Shown here: positions 21,331 to 32,287 of the stretch, piece after piece
How positions within the stretch are numbered: the first letter of the stretch is position 1
Layout: each line of letters starts with the position of its first letter
Assembly (NCBI GenBank): GCA_965227775.1
Contig: OZ245777.1
Location: 2,624,001 to 2,688,000 of the forward strand
Source of the DNA: Phycisphaerales bacterium
Lineage (GTDB): Bacteria; Planctomycetota; Phycisphaerae; Phycisphaerales; UBA1924
Length of the DNA stretch: 64,000 bases
Direction: 5' to 3'
Translations under genes and position numbers: made by a program
Notes under the pieces: generated by a model
What the model was told of the DNA's origin: nothing
What the model saw: the letters and a program-made list of their open reading frames with translations, nothing else
Database searches by the model: none

Positions 21331-21540
21331 TCAGCCAAGATCATCGGCTGCGTCGTCCACGGCATCGGCAGCATCGTCAACCGCGTCGCCAACGGAATCA
21401 CCGGCTTCTTCCACCACATCCTCGGTCTCATCAGCGGCGTCTTCGCAGCCGATCATGGCTGCGGACAGCCCAAACAGCGTGATGGCTGACGCGGCGGTGA
21501 GACTCTTGGCGAAGCGACGAGTGTTGATTCGTGTGGTCAT
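21331..21540 (-). CDS. Small acidic lipoprotein
   Basis: Lipobox MIGC, D/A-rich tail, AAGGAG RBS. Confidence 0.7.
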   Translation of the reverse strand: MTTRINTRRFAKSLTAASAITLFGLSAAMIGCEDAADETEDVVEEAGDSVGDAVDDAADAVDDAADDLG

Positions 21541-21614
21541 GTCCTGCTCCTTAGTGGGTTCTTCTAATTGGGTTCTTCGACTCCAGTGCCATGCCCGTCA
21601 GTCAATGTTCGCAG

Positions 21615-21794
21615 TCAGGCGGCACTTGCCTTGCCGCGCCGCACGAGACCGAAGATCAGCGACAGTACGCACAGGACGAGGAAGATGATGAACAGGATCT
21701 TCGCGATCGCTGCAGCGCCGGAGGCGATGCCTCCGAAGCCGAGTACGGCGGCGACGATGGCGATGATGAAGAACGCGAGTGCCCAACCCAACAA
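21615..21794 (-). CDS. DUF1328 (UPF0391) small membrane protein
   Basis: Hand translation [41 protein letters not shown]...; TTG start after AGGAG; 59 aa, below ORF-track cutoff. Confidence 0.85.
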   Translation of the reverse strand: MLGWALAFFIIAIVAAVLGFGGIASGAAAIAKILFIIFLVLCVLSLIFGLVRRGKASAA

Positions 21795-22029
21795 TGTGAA
21801 TCTCCTGCGGTTGCGTGCCTGCTAGATTGTCTCTTGCCCGCTCGCGGCGGTGCGGCGTGATCCGGCCGCGATTGAACCAAGAGAAGTGTCGTCCCGGCAG
21901 ATGAACCGGCCGTGGCGAAGCGATGAATCGAACATCATCTTGCGAGCAACGCCTGTTGGCGTTCGAAGGGGCCCGGCGCTCTGTCGAACGGTGCTTGACC
22001 GCATGCACTTGGTGGCTATCCTCTGCCCG

Positions 22030-22175
22030 ACATGCATCAAGAGTCCCGGGATGCCTCACGAGGTCCCGGGCGGCAACCGAGCCGATCGTCCTGATCGAGC
22101 CACGGTGCCGAGGCCAGCCCCGGCGTGGGGAGCGATGCGGTCGAGGCCGTCCATATCGGACGACACTCGGCAAAC
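22030..22175 (+). ncRNA. SAM riboswitch, SAM-I/IV-like
   Basis: GCATCAAGAG...GGCAACC...CGGTGCC...GATGC core; P1 GCATC/GATGC, P2 CCCGGGA/TCCCGGG, 3' hairpin GTCC-ATATC-GGAC; directly upstream of methionine biosynthesis genes. Confidence 0.8.
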
Positions 22176-22243
22176 ACAGCGGCGATGTTCGCCGCGGCCA
22201 CGCCTGCACTGGAAGCTCTCGATGCTGTGAAGGAGTTCACAGC

Positions 22244-23476
22244 ATGGGACATCCGTTTGATTCGACAACCATCGATCCGTTCGCACTGTGCCCGTCCGTC
22301 GGCCGGGGCGTGGGAGATGGCGACGCACTCACTGCGCCGATCGTGCAGAGCACGACGTTCTGCCGTGATGGTGTTGGTAGCGACCCGACCCACCAGTACT
22401 CGCGTGTGAGCAACCCGACTGTCGCGACGCTCGAACGAGCCCTGGGCGCGTTGGAGGACGCGCCACCGGCGATCTGCTTCGGAACTGGACTCGCGGCAGA
22501 GACGGCGCTCTTCCTCGCGGTGCTTCGCGCTGGCGACCATGTGGTATGCGGCCGCTCCGTGTATGGCGGAACGGTGCGATTGCTGCGCGAAGTGCTGCCC
22601 GAGTTGGGCATCGAGACGACGTTCGTCGATACGACCGATCTGGACGACGTCCGCAGGGCACTGCGCGGCAGCACGAGGCTCGTGTTCGTCGAAACGCCAA
22701 GTAACCCGGTGCTCGAGGTCAGCGACATCCGGGGCATTGCCGACATCGCTCGGACCCATGACGCACTTCTCGCCGTCGACAATACCTTCCAGACCGCTGT
22801 GCTTCAGCGGCCGCTCGACCTCGGGGCCGATGTGTCGGTCTACTCGACGACGAAGTTCATCGATGGGCATTCGCTCGCTCTGGGCGGCGCCCTGGTCGCG
22901 CGGGACACGGCACTGGTCGATCGCATCCGGTTCATCCGCAAGTGCACCGGGGCGATCCAATCGCCGTTCAACGCCTGGACGACCATCAACGGGCTCAAGA
23001 CGCTGCCGCTACGCCTCGAGCGCCAGAGTGCCACGGCCGCGACAGTCGCTCGCTGGCTGGACGCTCACCCGGATGTGGACGTCGTGCACTACCCGGGGCT
23101 TCGCGAAGGCAGAGAACTGGCGGATCGCCAACATCAATCGCTCAGCCGGGGCGAGGCTTGCCACAGCGCGGTGCTGAGCTTTGAGGTGCGAGGCGGAATC
23201 TCCGCGGCTCGGGTCGTTGCCGAGTCGCTGGAATTGGCCACGCTGGTCGAGCACGTCGGGTCCGTCGAGACGCTCGTCACCCACCCGGCCACCATGACCC
23301 ATGCGGACGTGCCGGCCGAGCAGCGGCGGGCGGGCGGCATCGCGGACGGACTGCTGCGGCTAAGCCTTGGGCTCGAGCCCGCCGAGGCCATCATTGCGGA
23401 TCTCGACCAAGCCATCACGTTGGCCATCGGTGGATCGGTTGTCGAGGAAGGGGTGGCTGCATGTGCGCAGGCGTGA
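22244..23476 (+). CDS. metB: Cystathionine gamma-synthase / Cys-Met metabolism PLP enzyme
   Basis: YSRVSNPT, ETPSNP, VDNTF, YSTTKFIDGH (PLP Lys), LLRLSLGLE; downstream of SAM riboswitch. Confidence 0.8.
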   Translation: MGHPFDSTTIDPFALCPSVGRGVGDGDALTAPIVQSTTFCRDGVGSDPTHQYSRVSNPTVATLERALGALEDAPPAICFGTGLAAETALFLAVLRAGDHVVCGRSVYGGTVRLLREVLPELGIETTFVDTTDLDDVRRALRGSTRLVFVETPSNPVLEVSDIRGIADIARTHDALLAVDNTFQTAVLQRPLDLGADVSVYSTTKFIDGHSLALGGALVARDTALVDRIRFIRKCTGAIQSPFNAWTTINGLKTLPLRLERQSATAATVARWLDAHPDVDVVHYPGLREGRELADRQHQSLSRGEACHSAVLSFEVRGGISAARVVAESLELATLVEHVGSVETLVTHPATMTHADVPAEQRRAGGIADGLLRLSLGLEPAEAIIADLDQAITLAIGGSVVEEGVAACAQA

Positions 23477-25164
23477 TCGTTCTGAAGTTCGGCGGATCGG
23501 TTCTCACTCACGAGCAAAGCCTCCGGATCGCCGTGCACGAGATCTACCGATGGCGCCGCCGCGGCTGGCAAGTCGTCGCTGTGGTTTCGGCCCTCGCGGG
23601 GCGAACCGACGCGTTGCTCGGGTCGTGCCGCCTTGATGGCGTACGGGCGGACCCGTACGCAACGGCATCGCTTCTGGCCTGTGGCGAGCGGGAGAGCGCC
23701 GCGCGGCTTGTGGGCTCGCTCGATCGCGTCGGGATCACGTCGTCGTTGCTCGATCCGTGTGCCATCGGGCTGCGCGCGCACGGTGGCGCCTTGGATGCGA
23801 CGCCGGACGGGCTGGAGCGGTCTCGTGTTCATGCGCCTCTGGAGTCCATCGGCTGCGTCGTCGTGCCGGGCTTCTTCGCGTGTGATGACCTCGGACGAAT
23901 CGTCACCCTGGGACGCGGAGGGTCGGACCTGACGGCGCTGGTGCTGGCCGACGCGCTCGGAGCCGACCGATGCCTACTCATCAAGGATGTCGATGGCCTG
24001 TACGAGCGCGATCCCTCGACACCTGGGCCGAGGCCACGGCGGTACGAGCGTGCGTCGTACGAGGACGTGCTGGCGCTTGATGGCTCGATCGTGCAGCACA
24101 AAGCAGTGCGTTTCGCCCGCGATCGCGAGATCCCGTTCGAGGTCTGCGGCTTCAACTCGGTTGACTCTACACGCGTGGCTTCCCGCGCTTCTGTCCTCAC
24201 CAACATCCACGAACGGGTGCGCCCGCTCAGAGTTGCCTTGCTTGGGCTGGGTGTCGTCGGTGGGGGCGTGCTGGAGCTGGTCTCGCAGATGCCCGGCCGT
24301 ATCGAACTCATCGGAGCGTGCGTGCGAAACCCGGGGAATCACGCGGCCACACTGCCAAAGCGCTATGACGGTGTGCTGTCAGCAGATCTGATCGACGTTG
24401 CCACGCGCGGTGCAGACGTCGTGGTGGAAGCGGTGGGAGGCATCGAAGACGCACGCGATGCCATACGGCACGCTCTCATGAGTGGCTCGCACGTCGTGAC
24501 AGCAAACAAGGCTGTGCTAGCGGCGCATTGGGCAGAGCTTCAAGAGCTCGCAAGATCTCAGGGGCTCAGCCTGCGTTTCTCCGCGTCAGTTGGTGGTGGT
24601 ACCTCCGTGCTGGAAGCAGCCGGTCGGCTCCGGGCCACATCCGTTCGAGGTGTGCTTAACGGCACGGCAAACTATGTGCTGGAGCGGCTTGGGGCGGGTG
24701 AGTCGCTGGAGGACGCGATCGTCGGTGCCCGACACGCGGGGCTTGCCGAGGCCGATCACTCGCGCGACCTGGACGGGCGAGACGCCTTGGACAAGCTCCG
24801 CGTCATTGCCTCGGTCTGTGATCGAGAAGTCGAGCGTGTGGACATCAGCAAGGCTGATGTGCGGTCGGTACAGACAGGTGCTCGGGCCCGCCAGGTCGCC
24901 ACCCTGTCGGCCGATGGGCTCGCACGGGTCGCGATCGAAGTAGTGGAGCCGGGAGATGTACTCGACGACCTGCCCGACGAGTGGAATGCCGCCGAGATCA
25001 CTGGCCCCGGGGGCGTTGCCACCGCGGTACGGGGGCGTGGGGCCGGCCGATGGCCTACGGCAGAATCGGTCCTGGCCGACGTGCTCGATCTGGAGCGTGA
25101 ACGCCGTTTCACGTTGACATCTACCTCCACCTCGACGCAAAGCACCGTACTGGCGCCAGCGTGA
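23461..25164 (+). CDS. metL: Bifunctional aspartokinase/homoserine dehydrogenase (MetL-like)
   Basis: KFGGS, TLGRGGSDLTA, KDVDG (AK); GLGVVG, VVTANK, SVGGG, NGTANY, GAG...TA (HSDH). Confidence 0.75.
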   Translation: MCAGVIVLKFGGSVLTHEQSLRIAVHEIYRWRRRGWQVVAVVSALAGRTDALLGSCRLDGVRADPYATASLLACGERESAARLVGSLDRVGITSSLLDPCAIGLRAHGGALDATPDGLERSRVHAPLESIGCVVVPGFFACDDLGRIVTLGRGGSDLTALVLADALGADRCLLIKDVDGLYERDPSTPGPRPRRYERASYEDVLALDGSIVQHKAVRFARDREIPFEVCGFNSVDSTRVASRASVLTNIHERVRPLRVALLGLGVVGGGVLELVSQMPGRIELIGACVRNPGNHAATLPKRYDGVLSADLIDVATRGADVVVEAVGGIEDARDAIRHALMSGSHVVTANKAVLAAHWAELQELARSQGLSLRFSASVGGGTSVLEAAGRLRATSVRGVLNGTANYVLERLGAGESLEDAIVGARHAGLAEADHSRDLDGRDALDKLRVIASVCDREVERVDISKADVRSVQTGARARQVATLSADGLARVAIEVVEPGDVLDDLPDEWNAAEITGPGGVATAVRGRGAGRWPTAESVLADVLDLERERRFTLTSTSTSTQSTVLAPA

Positions 25165-25204
25165 CCGACCGGCTTCGCTACCCTTTCGCCGCAAGGAGGC
25201 ACAC

Positions 25205-27040
25205 ATGCTCACACGGAAGATCGGCAAGCTCGTTCGTGGCAAGGTGACGCCCGTACAGGTCGGCATGGCCTGTGTGCTGGGGGCGATGATCGGCTTCGTG
25301 CCGAGCGTCAAGACGTCACCGGCGCTGCTGCTATTCCTGCTCGCCCTGCTGCTGATCCTCAACGCGAACCTCTTCGTCGCAACGTTCATGGCTGCTGGCT
25401 GCAAGCTGCTGAGCTTGCTCATCATGCCCCTGCAGTTTGCTGTAGGGAGGGTTGTCCTCGATGGTCCGCTGAGCGGACTCATGAGCTCGCTGATCAACGC
25501 TCCGGTGCTCGCGTGGTTCGGCTTCGAGTATTACTCAACGAGCGGCGGCCTGGTGCTCGGCGTGGTCGTGGGGGTGCTGACAAGCACCGCGATGGTGATC
25601 GCCATCGGACGCCTGCGACAGAAGCTGGCCGGCCTCGAAGAAGGCTCCGAGCGGTACAAGAAGGCAACTAGCAAGAAGTGGGTGCGCGGGCTCGTCTGGC
25701 TGCTCTTCGGCAAGCAGAAGAAGACCTACCAGGAACTCGCGGCCAAGCGGGTCGGCCTGCCGGTGCGGCCGCTGGGCTTCGTCGTCGCGGTTCTCATGGT
25801 GGGCCTCTCATGGATCGCGACGATGTTCCTCGCCGAGCCGGTCGTTGCGTACGCGATGAAGGCCGGCCTTGAGCGCGCCAATGGCGCGACAGTCGACGTC
25901 GGCAGCGCTGATATCGATCTCTCCAGCGGACAGATCTTCGTCACGTCGCTGGCGATGGCCGACCCGGAAGACCTGCAGACCGATCTGTTCCGCGCGGCCA
26001 AGCTCGAGGGCGAGTTCAGCAACACCGATCTCTTGCGTAAGCGTTTTGCGATCGATCGGCTGGTCGCGAGTGAGGCTTCAACCGGCGAACAGCGCGCAAC
26101 GCCTGGCATCCTGATCGGCCCGCGTCGCGAGCCACCGGAGCCCGAGGGTGAAGGCAAGACGCTCGAGGATTACCTAGAGCAGGCCGAGAAGTGGAAGAAC
26201 AGGCTGAAGCAGGTCCGCGAGTGGCTCGAGAAGGCCAGCGACAAGAAGCCGGGCGAGGAGGACACCGGTCCTGGAGCCACGCCTGAGGACCAGAAGGAGT
26301 CGTTCCGGGATCGGCTCGAACGCGAGATCGCCGAGAAGGGGTACGCGTTCGTGGCAGCAGACCACCTGGTGGATGACGCGCCGAAGTTCCTCGTTCGCGA
26401 GATCCTGGTCGAGGGCATGACTTCGGCAGACGTGCCGGGCGAGACTTTCGACGCCCGAGCCGAGAACGTGTCCACCCAGCCCTGGTTGGTTGACGGCGCC
26501 CCGAAGGTCTCGGTGCGCAGCCGATCGGGCTTGTACGAAGCCGACATCACGCTGGGCTCGGCCGCTCGCGGCGGGGGAAACTCAACGCTGATGCTCGCTC
26601 GGCGCGACATGCCCGCCGAGCGGGTCGCGGCAGCACTGCGGGCGAGCGGAGAGGAGCCGTTGCTGGCCGGCGGCACGGTGGATGCGATCATCGAGGGCGC
26701 GTTCAGACCCGAGTGGATCAACCTCCCACTCAACGTGCTGGTGAAGAACTCCACCGTCACGCTCCCCGGCGCGGGTGCAGCTCGGGTGGACGAGCTTCGG
26801 CTTCCCATCGGCGTCACCGGACCGCTGGATGCACCGACGCTCGATATCGACGCGGAGGCATGGGGTACCGCATTCGCCCAGGCCGGCGCTACGCAACTCG
26901 CTAATGAGCTTCGAGGGGAAGTGCAAGAGGAAATCGACCGAGCCCGCGGCAAGGTCGAAGAGAAGATTGGCGACGAGGTGCGTGATCGCTTGGGCGGCAT
27001 TCTGCCGGGCCGCAAGAAGCGCGACAACGGTGGGGGTTGA
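25205..27040 (+). CDS. TIGR03546/TIGR03545-like membrane protein
   Basis: N-terminal hydrophobic domain (LGAMIGFVP...LNANLF) then TM and soluble AsmA-like region; family recalled from pattern only. Confidence 0.55.
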   Translation: MLTRKIGKLVRGKVTPVQVGMACVLGAMIGFVPSVKTSPALLLFLLALLLILNANLFVATFMAAGCKLLSLLIMPLQFAVGRVVLDGPLSGLMSSLINAPVLAWFGFEYYSTSGGLVLGVVVGVLTSTAMVIAIGRLRQKLAGLEEGSERYKKATSKKWVRGLVWLLFGKQKKTYQELAAKRVGLPVRPLGFVVAVLMVGLSWIATMFLAEPVVAYAMKAGLERANGATVDVGSADIDLSSGQIFVTSLAMADPEDLQTDLFRAAKLEGEFSNTDLLRKRFAIDRLVASEASTGEQRATPGILIGPRREPPEPEGEGKTLEDYLEQAEKWKNRLKQVREWLEKASDKKPGEEDTGPGATPEDQKESFRDRLEREIAEKGYAFVAADHLVDDAPKFLVREILVEGMTSADVPGETFDARAENVSTQPWLVDGAPKVSVRSRSGLYEADITLGSAARGGGNSTLMLARRDMPAERVAAALRASGEEPLLAGGTVDAIIEGAFRPEWINLPLNVLVKNSTVTLPGAGAARVDELRLPIGVTGPLDAPTLDIDAEAWGTAFAQAGATQLANELRGEVQEEIDRARGKVEEKIGDEVRDRLGGILPGRKKRDNGGG

Positions 27041-27044
27041 GCAT

Positions 27045-28073
27045 ATGGCCGAGCGTGAGACATCGTTGCACGGGAGCACCATCGCGGTCGTTGGGGCATA
27101 CGGCCTCGTCGGGCGCGAGGCACTCGCGATCCTCGCCCAGCATGGTGTGCCGCATGAGCGGGTGCGTGTGTTCGGTTCGTCGCGATCGGCCGGCACTGTG
27201 GTGCCCTACGACAGTTCGGAGCTCACGATCGCAGAACTCCGTGAAGGTAGTCTCGAAGGCTGCGATATCGCACTCTTCTGCACCGATGCGGATACGGCCC
27301 GGCAGCACGCTCATCGAGCGATCGAGCAAGGTGTTCGCGTCGTTGACAACTCATCCGCGTTTCGGCTGGATCGCGACACACCGTTGGTTGTTCCTGAGGT
27401 GAACGGCCACCTGCTGGACGAAGGCCCCATGCTCGTTGCCAATCCGAACTGTTCGACCATCTTGCTCCTGCTCGCCGTCGAGCCGATCCGCCGGGCGTTC
27501 GGGGTCCAGGCCGTGCTCGCTTCGACGTATCAGGCGGTCTCCGGTGCCGGACGAGCGGCGATGCAAGAGCTGGTCGACCAGACCAGAGCGTTCATGACCG
27601 ATCAGCCCGCGGAGCCCGGCGTGTTCCCCGTCGCGTGCGCTTTCAACGTGTTCCCGCACGAGTCGCCGGTTGATCTCGCAACCGGCTTGAACGTCGAAGA
27701 GGCCAAGATCATCGCCGAGAGCCGGAAGATCCTCGGTGCACCGGACCTTGATGTTGTCCCCACGTGCGTGCGGGTACCGGTCGAGCGCTGCCATAGCCAG
27801 TCGTTGACGCTCGAGCTGGAGCAGACGACGACGCTCGGGAGCGTGGCCGAGGTGTTTGGCTCGTTTCCCGGCGTTGCATTCAACGCCGACCCGGCGGCGC
27901 TAATAACGCCTCGTGAGATTGCAGGGACGGACCAGGTATCGATCTCGCGACCCCGACTCTCGCGGAACGGCCGCAGGCTGAGCCTTTGGACGTGCGGAGA
28001 CCAGCTGCGCAAAGGTGCGGCGCTCAACGCCATCCAGATCGCCGAGCGGATGGCCCGTCTCGCGATCGCCTGA
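27045..28073 (+). CDS. asd: Aspartate-semialdehyde dehydrogenase
   Basis: VVGAYGLVG, DNSSAFR, PLVVPEVN, ANPNCST, YQAVSGAG, DQLRKGAALNA. Confidence 0.96.
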   Translation: MAERETSLHGSTIAVVGAYGLVGREALAILAQHGVPHERVRVFGSSRSAGTVVPYDSSELTIAELREGSLEGCDIALFCTDADTARQHAHRAIEQGVRVVDNSSAFRLDRDTPLVVPEVNGHLLDEGPMLVANPNCSTILLLLAVEPIRRAFGVQAVLASTYQAVSGAGRAAMQELVDQTRAFMTDQPAEPGVFPVACAFNVFPHESPVDLATGLNVEEAKIIAESRKILGAPDLDVVPTCVRVPVERCHSQSLTLELEQTTTLGSVAEVFGSFPGVAFNADPAALITPREIAGTDQVSISRPRLSRNGRRLSLWTCGDQLRKGAALNAIQIAERMARLAIA

Positions 28074-28080
28074 CCTGGTC

Positions 28081-28111
28081 AAAAAAAGAGCCCGGCGTTG
28101 ACGCCGGGCTC
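28081..28111 (-). terminator. Intrinsic terminator (T7 tail on minus strand)
   Basis: AAAAAAA-GAGCCCGGCGT-TG-ACGCCGGGCTC. Confidence 0.8.
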
Positions 28112-28138
28112 GCTCTACTGGTCGTGGATCGACGCGGC

Positions 28139-28417
28139 TTAGTAGGGGTTCGGGTAGTTGCTCAGGCGGCTGGGACGGTCGACGTACCAGACCTTGCGCC
28201 AGTCAGCCCGCAGCATGCGGGTGTTCTCGCTGTTCATGATGGCGTACTCGTTGTCGGCATCGACCCAGCGCTGGTCGAGCGTCTCGAGCTCGGGAGCCAC
28301 GTTGTAGCGGAGGTAGGTGTGACGGCTCGACGAGCCACAGCCGGCCAGCAGCGACACGCTGGTCGCCGTCAGAAGGGCCGAGATCAGGACACGGCGGGTG
28401 GTCTGGCTGCGGGTCAT
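28139..28417 (-). CDS. Small lipoprotein
   Basis: Lipobox LAGC, AAGGAAGG upstream, terminator directly downstream. Confidence 0.75.
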   Translation of the reverse strand: MTRSQTTRRVLISALLTATSVSLLAGCGSSSRHTYLRYNVAPELETLDQRWVDADNEYAIMNSENTRMLRADWRKVWYVDRPSRLSNYPNPY

Positions 28418-28710
28418 GAAGGCCTTCCTTTGCTGTCTCGCGTGGCGGCGGTCGGGCCGCGGGAACTCTTCCTGAATACTACCGGCCGCCGGTCGGTGTG
28501 GTTGCTCCCCACGTGCACGGCAGGCCGCTGTTGTACGGTGCTGCGGCGGCCCGGTCAAGCGCCGCGGGACCCGGTTCGCGGACCGGTGACCGGCGGTTCT
28601 GGTCGCTGGGGCTCGATTTCTGCCCGCACCGGGCCTGCCTAACCGTATTTTGTTTGGATTGGCACCACCCACCGCTGGAGATACCTCTTGTGAACGCCGA
28701 AGACTGGATC

Positions 28711-28920
28711 ATGACAGCCGCCAGCCTCAGCAACGTGAGCATCGCCAACTCGGTGAGCATGGCCGTAGCCAGCAAGCAGCTGGATGCCGCAAGGGCCGAG
28801 GGGCGCGCCATCAACGCCCTTATCGAGGGTGCGGCACAGGTCGCAGACACCAGCCGCGGTGCCGTTTCGGTGAGCCCCGGACGAGGCGAGATCGGCGGCC
28901 AGATTGACGTAACTGGCTGA
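28711..28920 (+). CDS. Small YjfB-like (putative motility) protein
   Basis: SVSMAVASKQLD...ALIE...GGQIDV pattern. Confidence 0.6.
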   Translation: MTAASLSNVSIANSVSMAVASKQLDAARAEGRAINALIEGAAQVADTSRGAVSVSPGRGEIGGQIDVTG

Positions 28921-28970
28921 GGCCTGGGTCGTACCCTTCCCTATTGGAGGGCACACCGAACAACCGAGAG

Positions 28971-29402
28971 ATGGTTGAGGCATTCGTCCGAGGTCAGGAT
29001 GTCCTGTGCCCAACGTGCAAGTACAACCTTCGTGACCTGACTTCTGGGGTCTGCCCCGAGTGCGGGGAGACGCCGCTGCTTCGTTTGCAAGCCGAGAAGC
29101 CGCGGGTCGGCTTGCTGGTGATGGGGCTCTTGCCTCTAGCTATGACACTAGGGTTCTTTTCGATCGTGACGGTGTCCACATTCGCGATCTTGCTTTGGCA
29201 GGGTTTTCGCTACTGGGAACCTGAGTTCTTCGTCTCCCCGGTGCTTGGTGTTGTTTTCGCGATGTTCACCTTCGCGTGGGTGCGGCGATGGACCCGGGTC
29301 AGGCGGTGGCCCCAGGGCCATCGCATCGCGATGGTCTCTGGATGCTGGCTCGCCATGGGTGTCGGAACGGCTGCGTTTCTCGCGGTCATGATGAGGATGT
29401 AA
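28971..29402 (+). CDS. Zinc-ribbon membrane protein
   Basis: CPTCKYNLRDLTSGVCPECG followed by three TM segments. Confidence 0.7.
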   Translation: MVEAFVRGQDVLCPTCKYNLRDLTSGVCPECGETPLLRLQAEKPRVGLLVMGLLPLAMTLGFFSIVTVSTFAILLWQGFRYWEPEFFVSPVLGVVFAMFTFAWVRRWTRVRRWPQGHRIAMVSGCWLAMGVGTAAFLAVMMRM

Positions 29403-29545
29403 ACGAAGTGACTGCCACTCCGGCAGCCAAACACAAATTCTGACCTCGATTGATCTACTCAACTCCTCTGGCGGCCGCGCCAGAGGGGTTCGTGCGTTCG
29501 GCGCGCCCTTTGTACGGTGATTCTCCAGAATCGGAGGATTCGCCC

Positions 29546-32257
29546 ATGACGCCCGACAAGCTCACGACTGCCGCCCAACAGGTGCTCGCCGCCGCCCAGG
29601 CTTCAGCCTTAGGGAGTTCGAACCCCGAGGTCGGCTCTCTGCACGTGCTGGCCTCGATGCTCGAGGACAAGAACGGATCGGCCCGTTCGGTGCTCGACAA
29701 GGCCGGTGCGCGCGCCGATCGCGTGCTCCAGGTCGCCCAGGCCGAGCTAAAGAGCCTGCCAACCACGTCTTCGGCTGCCGGCCAGACCGGCCGCGAGATC
29801 ATGGGGGTGCTTCAGAAGGCCGACCAGCACGCCAAGGACATGGGCGATTCGTATATCGCCACCGAGCACTTGCTCCTGGCGTGCGCCCAAGAGGGCGGCG
29901 CCAAGCGCGTACTCGAAACGGTTGGCGCATCCACAAAGTCGATCGAGCAGGCAATCAGGGATATTCGCAAGGCGAGCGGCGTGCAGAATGTGACTGACCA
30001 GAACGCCGAAACGACCTACGAAGCTCTCAAGAAGTACGCGGTCGACCTTACCGAGAAGGCCCAGCAGGGCAAGCTCGACCCGGTCATCGGCCGCGACGAG
30101 GAAATCCGCCGCACCATGCAGGTGCTCAGCCGGCGCACCAAAAACAACCCCGTGCTCATCGGCGAGCCGGGCGTGGGCAAGACGGCCATCGCAGAGGGGC
30201 TCGCGCTTCGCATCGTCAACGGCGATTGCCCCGAGGGCATGCGCGACAAGCGGATCATGGCGCTCGATGTGGGGCAGTTGCTCGCGGGCGCCAAGTATCG
30301 CGGCGAGTTCGAAGAGCGGCTCAAGGCCGTGCTGAGGGAAGTGACGGCCAGCGAGGGCGAGGTCATCCTGTTCATCGACGAGCTGCACACCATCATCGGT
30401 GCCGGAGCGGCCGAGGGGGCCGTGAGTGCGGGCAACCTACTCAAGCCGGCGTTGGCACGCGGCGAGCTTCGGTGCATTGGCGCGACCACGCTGGACGAGT
30501 ATCGCAAGCACGTGGAGAAGGACCCGGCCTTCGAGCGGCGATTCCAGCCGATCTTCGTCGGCGAGCCCTCGGTCGAGGAGACCGTGGCAATCCTGCGTGG
30601 CCTCAAGGAACGCTACGAGGCCCACCACGGCGTCCGCATCCAGGACGGGGCGATCCTGGCAGCCGCGCAGCTCAGCCAGCGGTACATCGCAGACCGCTTC
30701 CTGCCCGACAAGGCGATCGATCTGATCGATGAGGCCGCGAGCCGCTTGCGCATCGAGAACGACAGCATGCCAACCGAGCTCGACGAGCTGCGGCGTCGGA
30801 TCATGCAACTTGAGATCGAACGCGAGGCGTTGAAGCTCGAGGAGTCGAGCGAGGGCAGCGCGAAAGAATTGGGCCGGATCGAGCAGGAGCTGGCCGAACT
30901 CCAGGAGAAGAACCGAGTCCTCACGAGCGAGTGGGAGGCCGAGAAGGCCGAGCTCGACCAGGTTAAGAGCATCAAGGAGACCATCGACGCCAAGCGCGTC
31001 GAGTTGGATCAGGCCCAGCGCCGGGGCGACCTGGAGACCGCAGCCCGTATCCAATATGGCGAAATGCGCGAGTTGGAGTCGGAGCTGGCCAAGGCCGACC
31101 AGGCGCTTCGTGACAAGGCCGAGCAGGGGGACCTGCTGGTGAAGGAAGAGGTCGACGCCGAGCAGGTGGCCGAAGTTGTCGGTCGGTGGACCGGCATCCC
31201 CGTCGCACGACTCGTCGAGAGCGAGCGCGACAAGCTGACGAGGATGGAGGAGCATCTACGCCAGAGAGTGATCGGCCAGGACGATGCGCTCCGGCTGGTA
31301 TCTGACGCGGTGCGCCGCAGCCGAGCGGGGCTGGGTGATCCCGATCGGCCGATCGGTAGCTTCCTTTTCCTTGGCCCGACAGGCGTGGGCAAGACCGAAA
31401 CGTGCAAGGCGCTCGCACAGTTCCTCTTTGATACCGAAGAGGCGCTCGTACGCATCGATATGAGCGAGTACATGGAGAAGCACGCGGTAAGCCGTCTCAT
31501 CGGCGCGCCTCCCGGGTATGTTGGTTACGACGAGGGTGGGGCGCTCACCGAGGCCGTGCGGCGGCGGCCGTACTGCGTCATCCTCCTCGACGAGGTCGAG
31601 AAGGCCCATCAGGACGTGTTCAACGTGCTCCTCCAATTGCTGGATGATGGCCGCCTGACCGATGGACAGGGCCGCACGGTCGACTTTCGCAACTGCATCG
31701 TGGTCATGACGAGCAACCTGGGCAGCCAGAAGATCCAGCAGATGACCGAGCAGGGTGCCGAGGACTGGGAGATCGAGGCCGCGGTGCGCGACCTGATCCG
31801 TCACGGCCCGGGCGTCGATGTCGCCGGCAAGGGGCTCAAGGCCGACGAGCAAAGCGGCGAGCTGAACGCACGCCTCAATCTCGATATGCGTGGCGCATTC
31901 TTCCGGCCCGAGCTGCTCAACCGCATTGACGAGGTCGCCGTGTTCCATCAACTCAAGAAGGATCAGCTTGGAGCGATCGCCGACATCCAGCTTGAGCGGC
32001 TCCGTCGACGGCTCGCCGAACGCGACATGGCGATCGAGCTGAGCGATGCGGCGAAGGCGCAGCTCGCCAGCGAGGGCTGGGATCCGGCGTACGGAGCCCG
32101 CCCGCTCAAGCGAGCGATACAGCAGCGGATCGAGAACCCGCTGGCCAGCCGAATCCTCGCGGGCGACTTCGGGGCCGGCGACACGATCTTCGTGGATGTG
32201 CAAGGAACAAGCTTCATGTTCACGAGGGCAGGATCCCCCGAGCCCGCTGCTCGATGA
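29546..32257 (+). CDS. clpB: ATP-dependent chaperone ClpB
   Basis: Two AAA+ domains ([16 protein letters not shown]), long middle coiled coil, GARPLKR, no ClpP-binding IGF loop. Confidence 0.96.
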   Translation: MTPDKLTTAAQQVLAAAQASALGSSNPEVGSLHVLASMLEDKNGSARSVLDKAGARADRVLQVAQAELKSLPTTSSAAGQTGREIMGVLQKADQHAKDMGDSYIATEHLLLACAQEGGAKRVLETVGASTKSIEQAIRDIRKASGVQNVTDQNAETTYEALKKYAVDLTEKAQQGKLDPVIGRDEEIRRTMQVLSRRTKNNPVLIGEPGVGKTAIAEGLALRIVNGDCPEGMRDKRIMALDVGQLLAGAKYRGEFEERLKAVLREVTASEGEVILFIDELHTIIGAGAAEGAVSAGNLLKPALARGELRCIGATTLDEYRKHVEKDPAFERRFQPIFVGEPSVEETVAILRGLKERYEAHHGVRIQDGAILAAAQLSQRYIADRFLPDKAIDLIDEAASRLRIENDSMPTELDELRRRIMQLEIEREALKLEESSEGSAKELGRIEQELAELQEKNRVLTSEWEAEKAELDQVKSIKETIDAKRVELDQAQRRGDLETAARIQYGEMRELESELAKADQALRDKAEQGDLLVKEEVDAEQVAEVVGRWTGIPVARLVESERDKLTRMEEHLRQRVIGQDDALRLVSDAVRRSRAGLGDPDRPIGSFLFLGPTGVGKTETCKALAQFLFDTEEALVRIDMSEYMEKHAVSRLIGAPPGYVGYDEGGALTEAVRRRPYCVILLDEVEKAHQDVFNVLLQLLDDGRLTDGQGRTVDFRNCIVVMTSNLGSQKIQQMTEQGAEDWEIEAAVRDLIRHGPGVDVAGKGLKADEQSGELNARLNLDMRGAFFRPELLNRIDEVAVFHQLKKDQLGAIADIQLERLRRRLAERDMAIELSDAAKAQLASEGWDPAYGARPLKRAIQQRIENPLASRILAGDFGAGDTIFVDVQGTSFMFTRAGSPEPAAR

Positions 32258-32287
32258 ACCCTGCGTCCGCAGCGGCGTACCTCGGAC

